Shown piece by piece: positions 37,378 through 50,512 of a DNA stretch of 64,000 bases. Source of the DNA: Curvularia clavata (Eukaryota); contig CP089275.1 of NCBI GenBank assembly GCA_023920165.1, positions 4,526,001 to 4,590,000 of the forward strand, given 5' to 3'. Every line of letters begins with the position of its first letter. Within the stretch, counting starts at the first letter, position 1. The notes under the pieces were generated by a model, which worked only from the letters and a program-made list of their open reading frames with translations, did not search any database and was not told the origin of the DNA. Both the position numbers and the translations under genes were made by a program.

Positions 37378-39497
37378 TTAGAAGAAATGGGCGCCATAGT
37401 CATTGACTCCGGTGAGTGGCGGCTGGAGAAGGGTGGGGGGTTGCTGCTGCTGAACAATGTTGGCTGGAACATAGTGGGCCTGATAAGGGTGCTGCGGCAT
37501 GCTGAAATCGGCGACAAGCAGAGGATTACCGAAGCCGGTTGGCCTTCGAGGAGCAGGAGCTGGGGCGGGGGCAGGCACTGGTGCTAGGGTGACCTGCGAC
37601 ATCTGCTGTTGAACTGCCAATTGTGGCTGCTGATACATGACGTTGCCATCCTGCATCTGTCCATTGAGCTGCTGTTGCTGCTGTTGAGGTGGCGGATGTG
37701 GTGGCTGTTGGTCTTGGTTTTGGGGAGTATCCCAGCCCCATTTCTGCTTCAACTCTGTATTGACAAAGCCCACACGCCAGCCAGTCTCTTGTCTAATCTT
37801 GTCAAAGATTTGGAGAACCTCTTCTTGCTCGCGCCGGTCTGTCAGAGGCTCAGCAGCAATGGCAAGTGACCTTAGTGCTACACTAGCGACGCCGCGGTCC
37901 TTGACATGGGCGCTAATGCCGCAGATGAACTTTGAATTTTGCTCCAACATGGCCCACATCTCCGGCTCGCTTGGTCCTTGTATAGGGTTGATTTGGGCTA
38001 GTAGGACCAAAGAGGTGTGGTAAAATAGACGCGCGATGATGGATGCTCGTTTGATCAACCAAACTTCAGGGAATGCAGATCCGGAGATGGTCTGTCCAGG
38101 GTAAAGGTAGGCCATTGGGTGCATAGTCCTAGGTATATTTTCGTTCCATCTGTCCGTCATGTCTTTGAGCCGCAACCACTCGTTGTGTCGGTCCTGTAAT
38201 GTCTGCCTGGCGACTTCTTGGTTCCGTGGTATGGAGGCACGGAAGTTGCATATTCTGGCGACAATGTACAAGATGCGATGTGTCCAGACTTCTTCCTTAC
38301 CCGACTCGGTTTCTGGAGTAAAGTCCATTTCGATGCCCCAGTCATCAGGATCCCAAGCGACCTGCCAGTTGAAGTGCAAACAGCTCAGAATCTCCATGCC
38401 GACGTTGAGCCAGAAACAGGCAGCTCCGATGCCTGTTGACCTAGCGTTCCAACGACACTCTTTGATCAAAGCACGAGCGCCGGCAATGTGGTTCATGCGT
38501 TGCAGTGCGCGTTCGGCCATGATCTCATACACATTTAGGATGACTGCAGTAGTGGCACATAAGATGGTGTCCCGGTCGGGATTTTGCAGAGAATGCAGTA
38601 GGTCACGGGTAGCCACGTCATAGTAGTGGAGGGCCTTTTCCTCGCTATACTTTGGGTTAACAAGAGCGAGATGTCGCGCACCGCATGCGAGAAAGGCATG
38701 CAGCAACATGGGTTCATTGAGCGCATGGAAGGGCAATAGGCGCGAAAAGTGCTTGTGAGCATCCATGCTATCCATCCAGATGCCAATCTCTTCGACAAAG
38801 ACTTGCATGTAGAGCACCTCTTCTTGGCTTTTTAGGTAGTCGCGTGTGGGAAGAGGACCTGGACTGGCCGAGTGTTCCATTGTGTAGGAAGATGGGGTTG
38901 GGCCGTTTGAGTAGGTGGATACTATACGAGTTAGCATGCATGCTTGGCCGGGTTGTGGACCAACTCACTTGAACGTCCGTGTTGGTGCTGTGTGCGGTGT
39001 TGGTCGAGGTTGTAGTTGAGCTGGGCTTGCTGGTAGGAGTCGTGGGCAATGGCTTGGATGGGCGGGGGGTGTTGGCGAGACGAAGCGGGTGGGCCCATAC
39101 CAAAGGCGTTGTCGCCCATGTGTATGTGAGGCTCTGGTTCCTCAGCAGGATACATTTCACGGCCTCCGACGTATTCCGAGGCAATTGTTCGAGATTCGTC
39201 CATGAAGGCTACTTGGTAGTCGACGCCCTGGGGGATCAGGTATGCGTTCCGCTCGCAGGTTGTGTCGAGGAAGTTGAGCTTCTTGCCCCAATTGCATTCT
39301 CGCTGCGATTTGAGGCAGTTGTTGCAGGTCGGCTTTGTCTCGTCGCATTTGAGATGGCGCTCTCTGCATGTCAGACAGCCAGTGCGTGTCCGCTTGGGCT
39401 TGTCGTCTGCTGTGCCATCGCTTGCCCGTTTCTTGGTCGGCTGCGCTTTGTTTGTGGGCGAATCATTGTTGGAAGGGGGTGTGGAAGTGTCTGCCAT
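37378..39497 (-). CDS. Zn2Cys6 transcription factor with Fungal_trans_2-type domain
   Basis: RTRTGCLTCRERHLKCDETKPTCNNCLKSQREC; one intron at about 38921-38967; helical C-terminal domain (LLHAFLACGARHL, NHIAGARALI); Q-rich tail. Confidence 0.88.
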
Positions 39498-40662
39498 GGT
39501 GCTCTGGCTTTGTCGCGCACAGAGCGGGTTCGTAGATGGTCGCTATGCAGGGGGACTGCTGACGGGAGACCACCACGGCCCTGGGGCAGGGCGTGCAGCG
39601 AAACAGCTACGTTGACCCCTCCACGTCGATGGTCGTTTGGCTGTTGGTTGTGTGGTAGCAGGCAGGGAGAAGGTGGGCGCTCTCTGTCAAGGAGGGCGCA
39701 GCACGACAAGTTAGCGACGGCGCGGGGAGTGGATGGCGTAAGACGGTCGCCCCGGCAATTAGAGTTTGAGGGCAGGGCGGAGTTGAGTTTGGTAAGGTGT
39801 CGAGGGCAAGGGCGCACGGGTCTTGGGCGCGGGAAGGGTGTTGATCTGGTCCTGTCTGGGCTCGGAGGAAGCGACGGGGCAGGGCAGGGCAGGAGCAAGC
39901 AAGACGGAGGCGGCGGGCGTGACAGAAAGTCAATCGAGAAGCGGCGTGCAAAAGAAAAGAAATGAGAACAAGGCCGTCGAGGGGCTTTTGCGCGAGGCGT
40001 CAGACGGGGGGAATATTGGCTTGTTGCTAGCTAGGCGGAAGGACGGGGAATAGGGAGCGCGAGCGTGAGCGTGAGGGCGAGGGACGGGATGAAAGCACGG
40101 TGCTGCTGTCAGGGCAGGAGGGGCAGGTGGAGGCGAGGACCGATAATCGAGGCGCTGCAGGTAACACTGACAGGGCACTTGAAACCAGGTGCTGGGTTGC
40201 GTGTGAGCTGTGTAGGTACATGTAATACAAGTCGAGTAAACTGCCGTACAGGCGACGAGACGAGGGGGTTGAGTAGCTAGCTATGGGATTGTGGCTGCGC
40301 CAGCGACGTATGAGGCGATCATCTGCGCGCCGGGCCGGCAGCAATGCGCAAACGGGCTTGGGCTCGCCGTAGCCGTGGCCGTGGCCAGCTGGCGGTTTCT
40401 ACGTGTGTGTATATTGTCCGGCCCGCGGAAGCTCTCTGAGCGGAGCGGAGCGTTGGAGCTGGTCTGGTGGTGAGGACGGTGTTGAGTGCCGCGCAGTGGG
40501 TGTGGCGTGCTCGTCGTCTATTGTTGCAGACTTTTGCAATTAAGCTCGTAGCTAATGAGATCCCTGCATGCCATCGGCAATCGCTGCGCCATAGACAGAC
40601 ATGGCCAGCATGGATGCCATTGCAGCTGATGGTTGGGAGCTGGCAGCTGGCAGCTCGCCGTC

Positions 40663-40705
40663 TGCAGCCTGCAGCCCACAGCCCGCAGCCTGCAGCCCAC
40701 AGCCG
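40663..40705. repeat. Short imperfect heptamer tandem repeat (GCAGCCT/GCAGCCC/ACAGCCC)
   Basis: gcagcct gcagccc acagccc gcagcct gcagccc acagccg, in the divergent intergenic region. Confidence 0.7.
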
Positions 40706-40914
40706 GCGGCGGACCAGGCGGCGGGCTGCGTGCATGGTGATGTCACGGTTGCGCAGCCAAATAGACAGCATCAGCTCGCCATCCGTGCGTGGGAGTTTGC
40801 TGGGGCTATTTTGGGCATGCCGCCGAGGTTGGGCCGCCCGTCCTGTGGCAGATCGCATCCCATCTCGCGCCGCCTTGCCCAAGAACACTACTTCAGCCTA
40901 CTTGTACCCATTCC

Positions 40915-42475
40915 ATGCCCGCTGCCGCCCTGCCCCCCGCCCTGCCCAGCTGCATCTTGCGCGGCCACGCATCGCACATCCACTGCGTCCGCTTTGTGCG
41001 CCACAACGCCTTTCTGCTCACGGGCGACGCCCACGGCTATGTCGTCTACTGGAGCCTCGCGACAAAGAGGGCCGTCCATGTGTGGAAGGCCCATGCTGGC
41101 CCCGTTCTCGCCATCGCCCAATGGGGACATGACAGAATCCTAACGTGCGTCCCTCTCATCCTACATCCACCACACCTCCACACCATGCCTGCACCCCGTC
41201 TCCACCCCCTATTCGTCGCCCAACTAACATGCTCGTCTGCCTCGTAGCCATGGTCGCGACAACTCCCTCCGCGTATGGCAGCTGAGGCCAGACCAACGCC
41301 CCCCAGACAGCATCCTTTTGCCTGCAGACTCGCCTGACCACGACCAACCCCTGCCATGGCTGCTACACGCTCTTCCTGTCAACACGCTCAACTTTTGCGC
41401 CTTTTCCATGTGCCCTCAACTTGCACACCCTGCTGTGAACCAAACTGGTCCCGACCCGATTCTTGTAGCCGTCCCCGCAACAGACGACAAGAAGATCGAC
41501 GTCTGGCAACTTCCAGACGAAAAGCTGAAAATCCTTGTGCCTCGAGTGCACACTGTAGAAACAGGTACTTGTGCCTCGTGATAGTGCTCCCGCCACAAAA
41601 GGGCGCTAACCCTACTAGGAATGGTCATGGCTGTCCAACTCGTCCGCCATCAACGCTCGCAAACCATCCTGCTTCTTGCCGGATACGAGGGTGGTGTCAC
41701 CGCGGCATTCAAGCTCCCATCTGACTGCACCGGCCCTGCCGTTGAGTCTGCTCAGCTCATCTATCTCAGCCAGCCTCACAGTCAACCGGTTTTATCCCTC
41801 GATGCTTCGCCCCATGGCGACTTGTACTTTACCTCTTCGGCTGACGCTAAACTCGCCATGCACCGTGTGCCGGAATTGGCTCTTGGTTCCACTGACGATG
41901 AGCAGGGCCATTCCTCTATGACGGCATCAGCTGCATCTGCAAGTCAAGCATTGGGAGCAGATAAGTCTCAACCCGCCGATTCCGAGGCAACACCTTCGTT
42001 CGCCAAGCAGTCTATCAAGTCCACGACCCAAGACACGCCCAAGCCAGGTGGTTTGGCTTCTCTGCTTGCGTCGTCCTCTACACCACTTCCCCGCATCAAG
42101 CCTGCGTCGCCAGTCCAGGCCGTAGTGCCAGTAGAGCCTCCATACAAAATTGTTGACACCAAACATGCCGGACAGCAGTCGCTTCGAGTGCGCTCCGACG
42201 GCAGGCTTATCATCACTGGTGGCTGGGATGCCCGCATCCGCATATATAGCAGCAAAACCCTCAAAGAAGTCGCCGTGCTAAAGTGGCACAAGGAAGGCGT
42301 GTATGCAGTCGCCTTTGCTGAGATATTGACGGCCCAAGACTTGAGAAAGCAAGATGCAACGCTAGACAGACGTGTTCAAAGCCGCGCACAGGAGCGCGAA
42401 GACGAGACTAAGATGAAGCATTGGGTTGCTGCTGGTGCCAAGGATGGTAAGGTCAGTTTGTGGGAGGTATTCTGA
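40915..42475 (+). CDS. ASA1: ASTRA-associated WD40 protein Asa1
   Basis: P..ILRGH start, LT|HGRDN, LPVNTLNFCAF, LAGYEGG, HSQPVLSLD, TKHAGQQSLRVRSDG and GAKDGKVSLW; two introns. Confidence 0.88.
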
Positions 42476-42906
42476 GCCAACAAGGATAACGTTGATGCTT
42501 CCTGTGATTCCTGAACGTCTTTGCAACGACAACAGGACAGTTATTTGTGCACTTGAAAAAGTATTGTGACGTCCTAATTGAGGGAACTTTCCGTGCCACT
42601 CGGGCGTTGAGCGAATCGGAGACGATGCTGCGCCGGCGTGCCTTCCCCACAAGCCGAGGCACGGTGATGAACCGGGGAAGTGGGTCCATCTTAACCTCGA
42701 CCGTCGCGCCGTCGCTTTCGACTGGCAATGCATCTCACGGCTTGTCAGACGATACCATAACATTGCCAACTCCTGGACGAGCCAAAATAACTTCCTACCG
42801 TGAGCCAAGGCGCGCCCATTCATGTGACCAGCGCCATTCGTCGCGCCTTCTACCCGACGACGAGACGTGCCGCCCTAGCAACGCATCCGCCCTTTGGACG
42901 CACGCC

Positions 42907-45549
42907 ATGGCCCGCTCAGATAAAGCGCATGGCTCCCCTACTCCACACTCCTCGAGCTCCGAGCAAGCTCCCGACCTCAGTATAACTACAGATGACAATG
43001 TGCACTTGCATGCAGCCGGCTACAACGAATCGCCCGAACGGGGCCTTATCCATAGCTTTGCGCGCTTTCGCTCCTCTCCCCTCGACTTTCTGCGCGAAGT
43101 ATCCCTTCACTTCTCAGGCACAGGATGGCGCTCTTTCGACCACCACATTGGCCAACCAGAGTTTTACTCGGGCTTCAGTGAGACCATGAAGGGAAGGGTG
43201 CTCAGCAGTCCAATCCTTGTCGCAAAAATACGCGAGCTGGCAAACAAGAGAATCGAGGTTGAAGCCAAAGAGGGATTGCTGGGCGAACAAGTGCTCAATG
43301 GTAGTTGTGGCGTAGGCGAGAACGACAGGAAATCAAAGAGGAGGGCCGAGATCGAAGAGTCGCTCATGCAGGTCAGCGAGAGCTGGACAGACTCGATGAT
43401 CTGTAAAATGGAAAGCAAGTCCTTCATAAGGGGCGCATACTACCTTGCCACACAACTTCTGACCAGGGCATACCACCAGGGTGTTCACGTTTCAAGTGAG
43501 GAAGTCCTACGGTTGCGTGCGGTAGCAGAGAAAGCAGCCAAGGACAAGCATTCGATAATCTTCCTTCCGTGCCATCGCTCACACGTCGACTATGTCTCTC
43601 TTCAGATCATCTGCTACAGACTAGGTCTCGCGCTGCCAACCGTTGTGGCTGGCGACAATCTAAATTTCCCAGTTGTTGGTTCGTTTTTACAGCATGCAGG
43701 CGCCATGTGGATACGGCGAAGCTTTGGAGATGATCAATTATACATCACGCTGGTCCAAGCATACATAGATACTTTGTTACGATGCGGATACAACTTGGAA
43801 TGCTTCGTCGAGGGAGGCAGGAGTCGAACTGGAAAGCTTCTGCCGCCCAAGTTTGGCATTTTGAGCTACATGCTCGACAGCGTTGCCAGTGGCAGAGTAG
43901 ATGATGCCATCATCTGTCCGGTTTCAACGCAGTACGATAAGGTCATTGAGGTTGAGTATGTCTCTAGGCGTTTTTCTTTTAGCAGCTGGAGATGAGAGCT
44001 AACAGCGAACAGTTCGTATATCAGTGAACTCCTTGGCCAGCCAAAGCCCAAAGAAAATCTCGTCGACTTTTTGTCTGCTTCGTCTGTCCTTTCCCTCAAG
44101 CTTGGTCGTGTAGACGTCCGTTTCCACGAGCCATGGTCACTCAAGTCATTCATCATACAGCAACGCGACCGCTTCTCCAAACTCCCCCAACAACTCGACA
44201 CTAAGGAAGAGCGACTCCGTATCCTTCGCACGTTGGGATACAAAGTGCTGTCAGAGATCAACGACGTCTCAGTCGTCATGCCCACTGCGCTTGTGGGTAC
44301 CGTCTTGCTCACGCTTCGCGGCCGCGGTGTTGGCAAATCCGAACTCATCCGACGCGTAGAGTGGCTCAGCGACCGTGTGAGAGCTCAAGGAGGCCGTGTA
44401 GCACACTTTGGCAACCTCCCCACGAGTGTCGTTGTCGATCGCGCACTCGAGGTCCTCGGTCCTGGACTCGTTGGTCTCGTCCCTGGTCTCCCAGAAGACA
44501 CTTTCTATGCCGTCGACCGATTCCAGCTCTCGTTCTACCGTAACATGACCATCCACCTATTTATCGAGCAGAGCCTTGTCAGTGCAGCACTATACACGCA
44601 CGTCAAGCAAGGCGGCGGACCCGAATACCAACGCATGTCCTATACCGATCTACGCGCCCAAGTCCATTTCCTTTCGCAGCTTTTCCGCGGCGAATTCATC
44701 TTTCCCACTGAAGGCCTTGACACCAACCTCACCAAAACCCTCCTCGGCCTCGAAAACGACGACGTCATCACTTTGACGCGCTCCTCCGAGCCCGACACCA
44801 GCAGCAACAGCAGCTCAGAGGAAGCCCCGAAAATCGAATGGATCGAGCTCTCCCCCACGGAACGCGCCCAAGGCCGCGAAAACTACGACTTTTACTGCTT
44901 CCTCATCTGGCCGTTCATCGAAGCCGCATGGCTCGGCGCAATCAGCTTGATGATGCTTACGCCGCCATCTACCATCACCGCCACTAATGCTGCTGCTACC
45001 ACACCGAAACCCAAGCCCAAATGGCTCGACCAAAAGAAAACCCAAGACCACGCCCAACTCTTGGGCAAAACCCTCTACCACCAAGGCGACCTCTCCTACT
45101 TCGAAGCCGTAAACAAAGAAACACTGAAAAACGCATACACGCGCTTCCAAGAAGAAGGCATGATTGTCGTTGCCAAATCCACTCAATCCACTGATAGTAG
45201 TAAAAAAGCAAAGAAGAATAATAAAACCGGAGCGAGTATCATCAGACTGGCGGATGAATGGGTCCCCCAACGGCGCGGGGATGGGGATAAGGGCATCGTG
45301 GCGAGTGGGCCGCTGTGGCGCTTCGCGGAGAGGATTAGTGCGAGCAGGCGCGAAGGAAAGAATCGGAGGGATGGCGCGACGGTGCAGACGAGGGTGTTGG
45401 GGTTGGTGGATTTGGTAGCAAAGGGGCTGTGGGAGGATGCTGCGGCGGTGTTTGAAGGGGGTGATGAGGATGACGTGGAGAGGGAAGGTGAGGAGGTGGA
45501 GACGAAGACGAAGAGTATGCGTAAGAGGGGGAATATGGCGAGGCTTTGA
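42907..45549 (+). CDS. PlsB/GNPAT-type glycerol-3-phosphate / DHAP acyltransferase with PTS1 (-ARL)
   Basis: Motifs HRSHVD, GAMWIRRS, FVEGGRSRTGK and PVSTQYD; intron about 43955-44012; C-terminus KRGNMARL*. Confidence 0.88.
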
Positions 45550-45643
45550 AGAGGCTTCGGAGTGGTAGTTTGGTATATTTTTTTCTTTCTGTCTTAATTT
45601 GTAGGCTAAAGACTACGTACCGTTTGTGACATGGACTAGGCTA

Positions 45644-48414
45644 CTACGACTTGATAAGATTACCGCGTTCGTCGTCCGTTTCCTCTTCCTCACTGTCGGT
45701 TTCGTATTCGCTCTCCTCCTCGCTCTCATCTTCTTCTTCCTCGTCCGTCTCTTCTTCGTCCTCCGTGTCCGTCTCTTCCTCATCATCATCGTCGCCTTCT
45801 TCCTCCGCTAGCCAGTCATCGAGCGTCTTCTCCTTGAGCGGTGCTTTGGGCATACCGACACCCGCATCTCCACCCAAACCGTTCAAGCCTCGTGGGCTCA
45901 TGCTTTGATCGGCCATCATTCGCCCACTGCTGCCTGCCGCTGCATCTAGCCTGTCGGCCGCCGACATGTTCTTTGCAGTTTCATACGCCGACACGTAGTT
46001 TGACGAGGACGTCGACACAACTTCGTCGCGTAGCGCTGGATCTGGTTCATGGCCTTCTTTGACCCAGCGAGGCAGGTCTTCGTATCCTTTGAGTCCCCCG
46101 ACGCCACCTTCGTCGCCAACAACCAGGCTGGCACTTCCCAACACATAGTCTTTTCGCGTTTCACTTGGACTTGGAATGTGCGGCACGGGTTTGGGTGCGA
46201 GAAGAAGCAGTGAGGCGAGCTGTGTCGAGGTAGGCGTCGCGAGTAGTGCCTTGTATACGCGAGCACGGTCGCGGAGGTCATACGAAGTGTCGTATCTTAC
46301 CAACAAAAGAACGTAGTTGTACAATGCCTCGATGATATGTGGCTTCTCCTCCTCTTGGATATCGTTTTTCTGGGCGAGAGCATCGAGAGGCTCGTCTCTA
46401 AAACCACCTTGTTCTTCTTGGAGACCGTCCATTAGAGATGGGTTCGGCTTAGGCTCTTCTACCTTGGGTTCCGGAGGTGGGTTAGCCGCCAGGTGGTGCA
46501 CATAGACCTTGGCCGCCAACAACACAATCTGGAGCTTCGCTGGCTCTGCTTCATCAGCAAAACCTTTGACCAGGATACGGAGGACGTCTGCAGCAATGTT
46601 GTTCTCTGGATCAAGGCCAGCAAATTCTCCAACTAGCCAGATGATGCTTGCACGAGCCTGAGGGCTGGTGGCTGCATCAAGATGCTTTGCTAACCGGATA
46701 ACGGTCGTGCGATGGGCATCTGGATCCCGTTGGATCAAATGACGGATGACCTCCAGGGACTCAGCTACCAGATGGGCATCGGCAGAACCAATGTGCTTGA
46801 GCAGCAACTTCAGACATCTGGCTGAGGTCTGCGGACTGGTTGCAGGACTCTGCGAGCAACGTCCAATTGCGCGTACAGACTCTTTAACCAACGCTAGATC
46901 TAGACTGCCAGAGTGGGAGAAATGGCTCAACTCGGCAAGTATCAAACTTTGTAACCTGACGTGCGCATGAGGGAATATTAACGTAAGGAGCTCAAGCTTC
47001 AGCTGCCATATATGTGGCGCGTCGGTAGATCGTACTAAGAAATGCGTGTAGTACTTCACAAACGGCTCGGGGTGCGCCAAGCAGACCTGCACGATGTTGT
47101 ACAGTGCTACGTGCTGGATGTCTCCTGCCGACCGGAGTAGGGAGATCAGCGGTCCAATGGCTTGGGTCAGGTACTCAGGTGTGCCAAGATAGAGATAAGT
47201 CCTGGCTACCGCTATTACGACTGCAGCGTTTCGAGATTGGAGTAGCGATTGGCAGCCTTTTAGCAACAACTCCAGGTCAGGGTCTAGCACAGCAATTTCC
47301 TCCATGTCCTGCTCTTGCTCATCTTCTTCGGATTCACTCTCCGAATCATCATAGAAACCCTTTGTAGATTGCGTAAGTTTGCTGCCCGTCTTGACGCCAG
47401 CCAATTTCTTGACCTTCTTGGTTCGCCGGGGAAAGCATTTTCGTGCGTAAACCATCATCAATCTCAACGTAGCCAACTGTCCCCATTCGTCCATGTCGAC
47501 AAGTTTCCGTACCAAAGCACGATAATGCGGGTGTATGAGGTCCAAGCGATCCGGACATAGCTCCAGGAACGATGCCACAGCGGCTCCGGTGACAAAATAC
47601 TGCTTGTCTCCCAGCAACGTCGACAGATATTCCAGCAGCTGAGGTTCGGTATTGGGGTCCAGCCGGTAGCACTTTGGGATTGCCAACGCCGCTGCCCTCC
47701 TCACATATGGCGACATATCTCCAGCACCGCGCTTGATTCCCAGGCTCACAATCTGGCTGATGACTGGTACCCGTATGCTTGACATGACCCGCAATGCCAA
47801 TGCGCGCAATTGCGGGTTCGTGTCGGTGAGCGACTTTTGTATGGTATTGATAGAAAGAAGAGCGGTATCTGGTTCGTGCTCGGCATGGTGGAGAAGGTAT
47901 ATGTAAACGAGCTTCTTGACCTGGAGCGAGGGCGAGGCGACATTCTTGATTACATGGGAGAAAAAAGGTAGTGTTTGTGCGAGGGGTTGTCGGTACGACA
48001 TCTAGAGGGGCTACAGTCAGTTACTACACGTCCCAACGCGCGCCATCTGTACTGAGATGGACCGAGTTCATGGCGGGGCAGGCATACAGTAATGACCCTC
48101 CGGAGCCCTTCCAAGACATCGCGCTCGGATCGGCTGTCGAGAAGCTTCTTGAGCTGGCTTGAGGGAAGCTCCCTAGTGGGCGCTCGGCGGACATTGCTGG
48201 CATCGCGGGCAGCTTCGAGGGTAAGGTCGCGCGCTGCAGAAAGAGACCAGTGAGCAAAGCTGGATGGATGCATTGTAACTGCGCGGAGCAATTACATATT
48301 CAAAGCCCCTGGGGCGCAGAGGGCAAGTGTACAGGAATTTCAGAAAGAAAGGAAAACAGAGAAAGGCGCCATACCTGTCTCCAACAAGCTCGATATCCGA
48401 CTGATGGATTCCAT
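45644..48414 (-). CDS. APL6: AP-3 adaptor complex beta subunit
   Basis: MESISRISSLLET|ARDLTL.., VKKLVYIYL, ALLSINTIQKSL, DMSPYVR, DMDEWGQ, YDTSYDLRDRAR and an acidic tail; two 5' introns. Confidence 0.93.
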
Positions 48415-48782
48415 GACAGCGACTTAGGCCCCGGGGAAGGGCCTTACTCCGGAGTGTGCACGACTCGACTCGTGTGCGCCGACAAACGCAGGGCCGGTTA
48501 TGCAGAGTCTAGTAGGAGATGGGCAGTAAGGGTTCTGGGCTTCGAGGTTGTAGTGATCCGTGGCAGCGTGCATGCGCTGCGGCAGTTGAAGGCATCGAAC
48601 AACAGTGGTGGGGGTGAGGTCGGGGAGCGGGTCTGCCGCCGATTGGCAATTGGAGGCCGTGCCCGACATCCATCACCCTTCGCGGGCTGTGAGCTGCCTC
48701 CCCGGCGCCACAAGACAGCAGATGTCGACAACGCGCTCGACGGGCACATGGCGGCCCAAACCCATTCGACAGTTTGCCTACC

Positions 48783-49511
48783 ATGTCGCCGATGCCGACA
48801 GTACTCCGTCCACTAGCGCTGCCTGGATTACTGCACCACGTCCTCACGACGCAATCCAGCACAAGCCCAACGTTGCTGATCATCTGCTCGGACCGTGCAG
48901 CTTTTCTCGAGCAACTTGCAGCTTCGCTACAAGAGAGTCATGGCGAACCAGAAACAGACGAGCTAGAGCGACTGCTTGCGCCTTCGCTTCATAATTTGCT
49001 GACGACTCGACACGTCAGACTTGCTTTCTGCCCATCTGTTCAGGCACTGCTAGCCTACTTGACCGCCTATGGTCAGTTTGCAGCTGGATCCCTGGCTGAG
49101 GCTGAACGAAAGGAAAGGGTCTTGTTGGTGAACCCACTCGCGTTGCATGCGGCGACGCCATCTTTTTCAGCCCAAGGATTGTCACGATGCTTTGCCACAG
49201 CAGCTGACACTGCGCTCAAAACTGGCGTTCGCCTTCAAGTAGTCGAGTGTGAGGGAAGGCATAGCCCTGCTGCAGCGCCTACGGAGGAGGATGTTGAGAT
49301 GGAAACCAATCCCGAGACCCGAGGCGAGACTATCACTGAAGATCCGTGGGAACAGGAAGTGTCCATTTTGAATGTTTCAGTACGGAGGTTTGGCTCTGGG
49401 AGCGGTGAGCGGGCATGGGCGGGTCGGACTGTCAAGACGAAGATGATTGCAGGACGGTGGTTTCACTTCGAGCAAGTCGACAAACGTCAAACACATTCGA
49501 ACCAAGAATGA
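48783..49511 (+). CDS. Conserved-looking hypothetical protein (possible degenerate RecA-fold)
   Basis: Intact ORF of about 242 aa filling the gap between APL6 and RDI1, with alpha/beta alternation (LLIICS, VRLAFCPSV, VLLVNPLALH, FSAQGLSR, WAGRTV). Confidence 0.7.
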   Translation: MSPMPTVLRPLALPGLLHHVLTTQSSTSPTLLIICSDRAAFLEQLAASLQESHGEPETDELERLLAPSLHNLLTTRHVRLAFCPSVQALLAYLTAYGQFAAGSLAEAERKERVLLVNPLALHAATPSFSAQGLSRCFATAADTALKTGVRLQVVECEGRHSPAAAPTEEDVEMETNPETRGETITEDPWEQEVSILNVSVRRFGSGSGERAWAGRTVKTKMIAGRWFHFEQVDKRQTHSNQE

Positions 49512-49731
49512 CAAGTAAAAGGCCCTGAAAATTTGATTTGTTCAATGCTAACAAGATCGATATCGGGTCGGATTTGTGTATCTGTCCAGATGGTCGAACG
49601 TCAAGCGTCGCTTCGTTACTTCGTGGGAGCGTGAGCACCCTGGATATCCACCGCTTTCAACTTAAAGAGAATGCCATTTTGCGCTGCCGTATGGCGACAT
49701 GACGCTTTTCCAACATGCAAACCCGGCTGGC

Positions 49732-50512
49732 TTATGACCAATCCTTCTTGATGTCGAAAGACCACTTGAACTGCAGGTGGGTTTGGTTGTCGTCGTCGAC
49801 GAACTTGGACAGGGCCGTGTAGTGGCCACGGCCAAGCATGCCAGAGGGAGCGGTTTCGGGTTCGACTGGGAGATGAGTTAGTAGGGTGACGTGGCAGTGT
49901 GTTGCAGAGTAATGTACGTACACTTCTTCTCGTAAAACGGCTTCTCCTCAGTGTTGGGGCCATATGAGCCCTGTTGTGTTGGTCAGCACACACATGTACA
50001 AGTACCAGCATAGCGAAGAAGACGTACCATCATCTCCTGCAGCTTGTCACTGACACCCATGCGGGTGACCCTCTGGAGGTACTTGAGACCAGCCAGAATC
50101 TCGTGCTGGACCTTGAACTGGACCTTCATGCGGAAAACAGCACCCTCTTTGATGGTGAAAGGCTTCTTCTCGAGGGCCTCGACGGCGCCAGGAGCGCGCA
50201 AATCGATGATGATGTCGGGGCGGCCTTCTACCTCGAGACCGAGGGAGAGGATGATGCACTTGCGAGGGTCATTGGGGTCGGAAATGTCCTTGCCTTGTCC
50301 AAGACCAAGGGAGGCCTTCCACTTTTGCAGAGACTCATCGTTCTGGTCTGTGGCGGTCAGGGTCAGCGAGCTGTAGCGGAGCGTTTTGCAGCGGGCAGCT
50401 GTGCTAGGAGCTGTCACGTACCTAGCTTCTGGTACTCGTCAATGGTCTTCTTCTCGCCGACCTTGAAGCCCTCGGTCTGCTCGGCGTGGAGGTCGTCTGC
50501 GTGGTCGGCCAT
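49732..50512 (-). CDS. RDI1: Rho GDP-dissociation inhibitor
   Basis: GFKVGEKKTIDEYQKL|DQNDESLQKWKASLG, FTIKEG, GSYGP, APSGMLGRG and WSFDIKKDW; three introns. Confidence 0.95.

Noticed and set aside
38979..39965. 328-aa plus-strand ORF and similar long antisense ORFs (4215-5000, 29173-29985, 49974-50642, 62009-62632)
   Set aside because: These are shadows of real genes on the opposite strand in GC-rich, codon-biased sequence, with non-ATG starts and no motifs.
45660..45810. Acidic GAA/GAC-rich repeat
   Set aside because: It is the coding acidic tail typical of fungal AP-3 beta.
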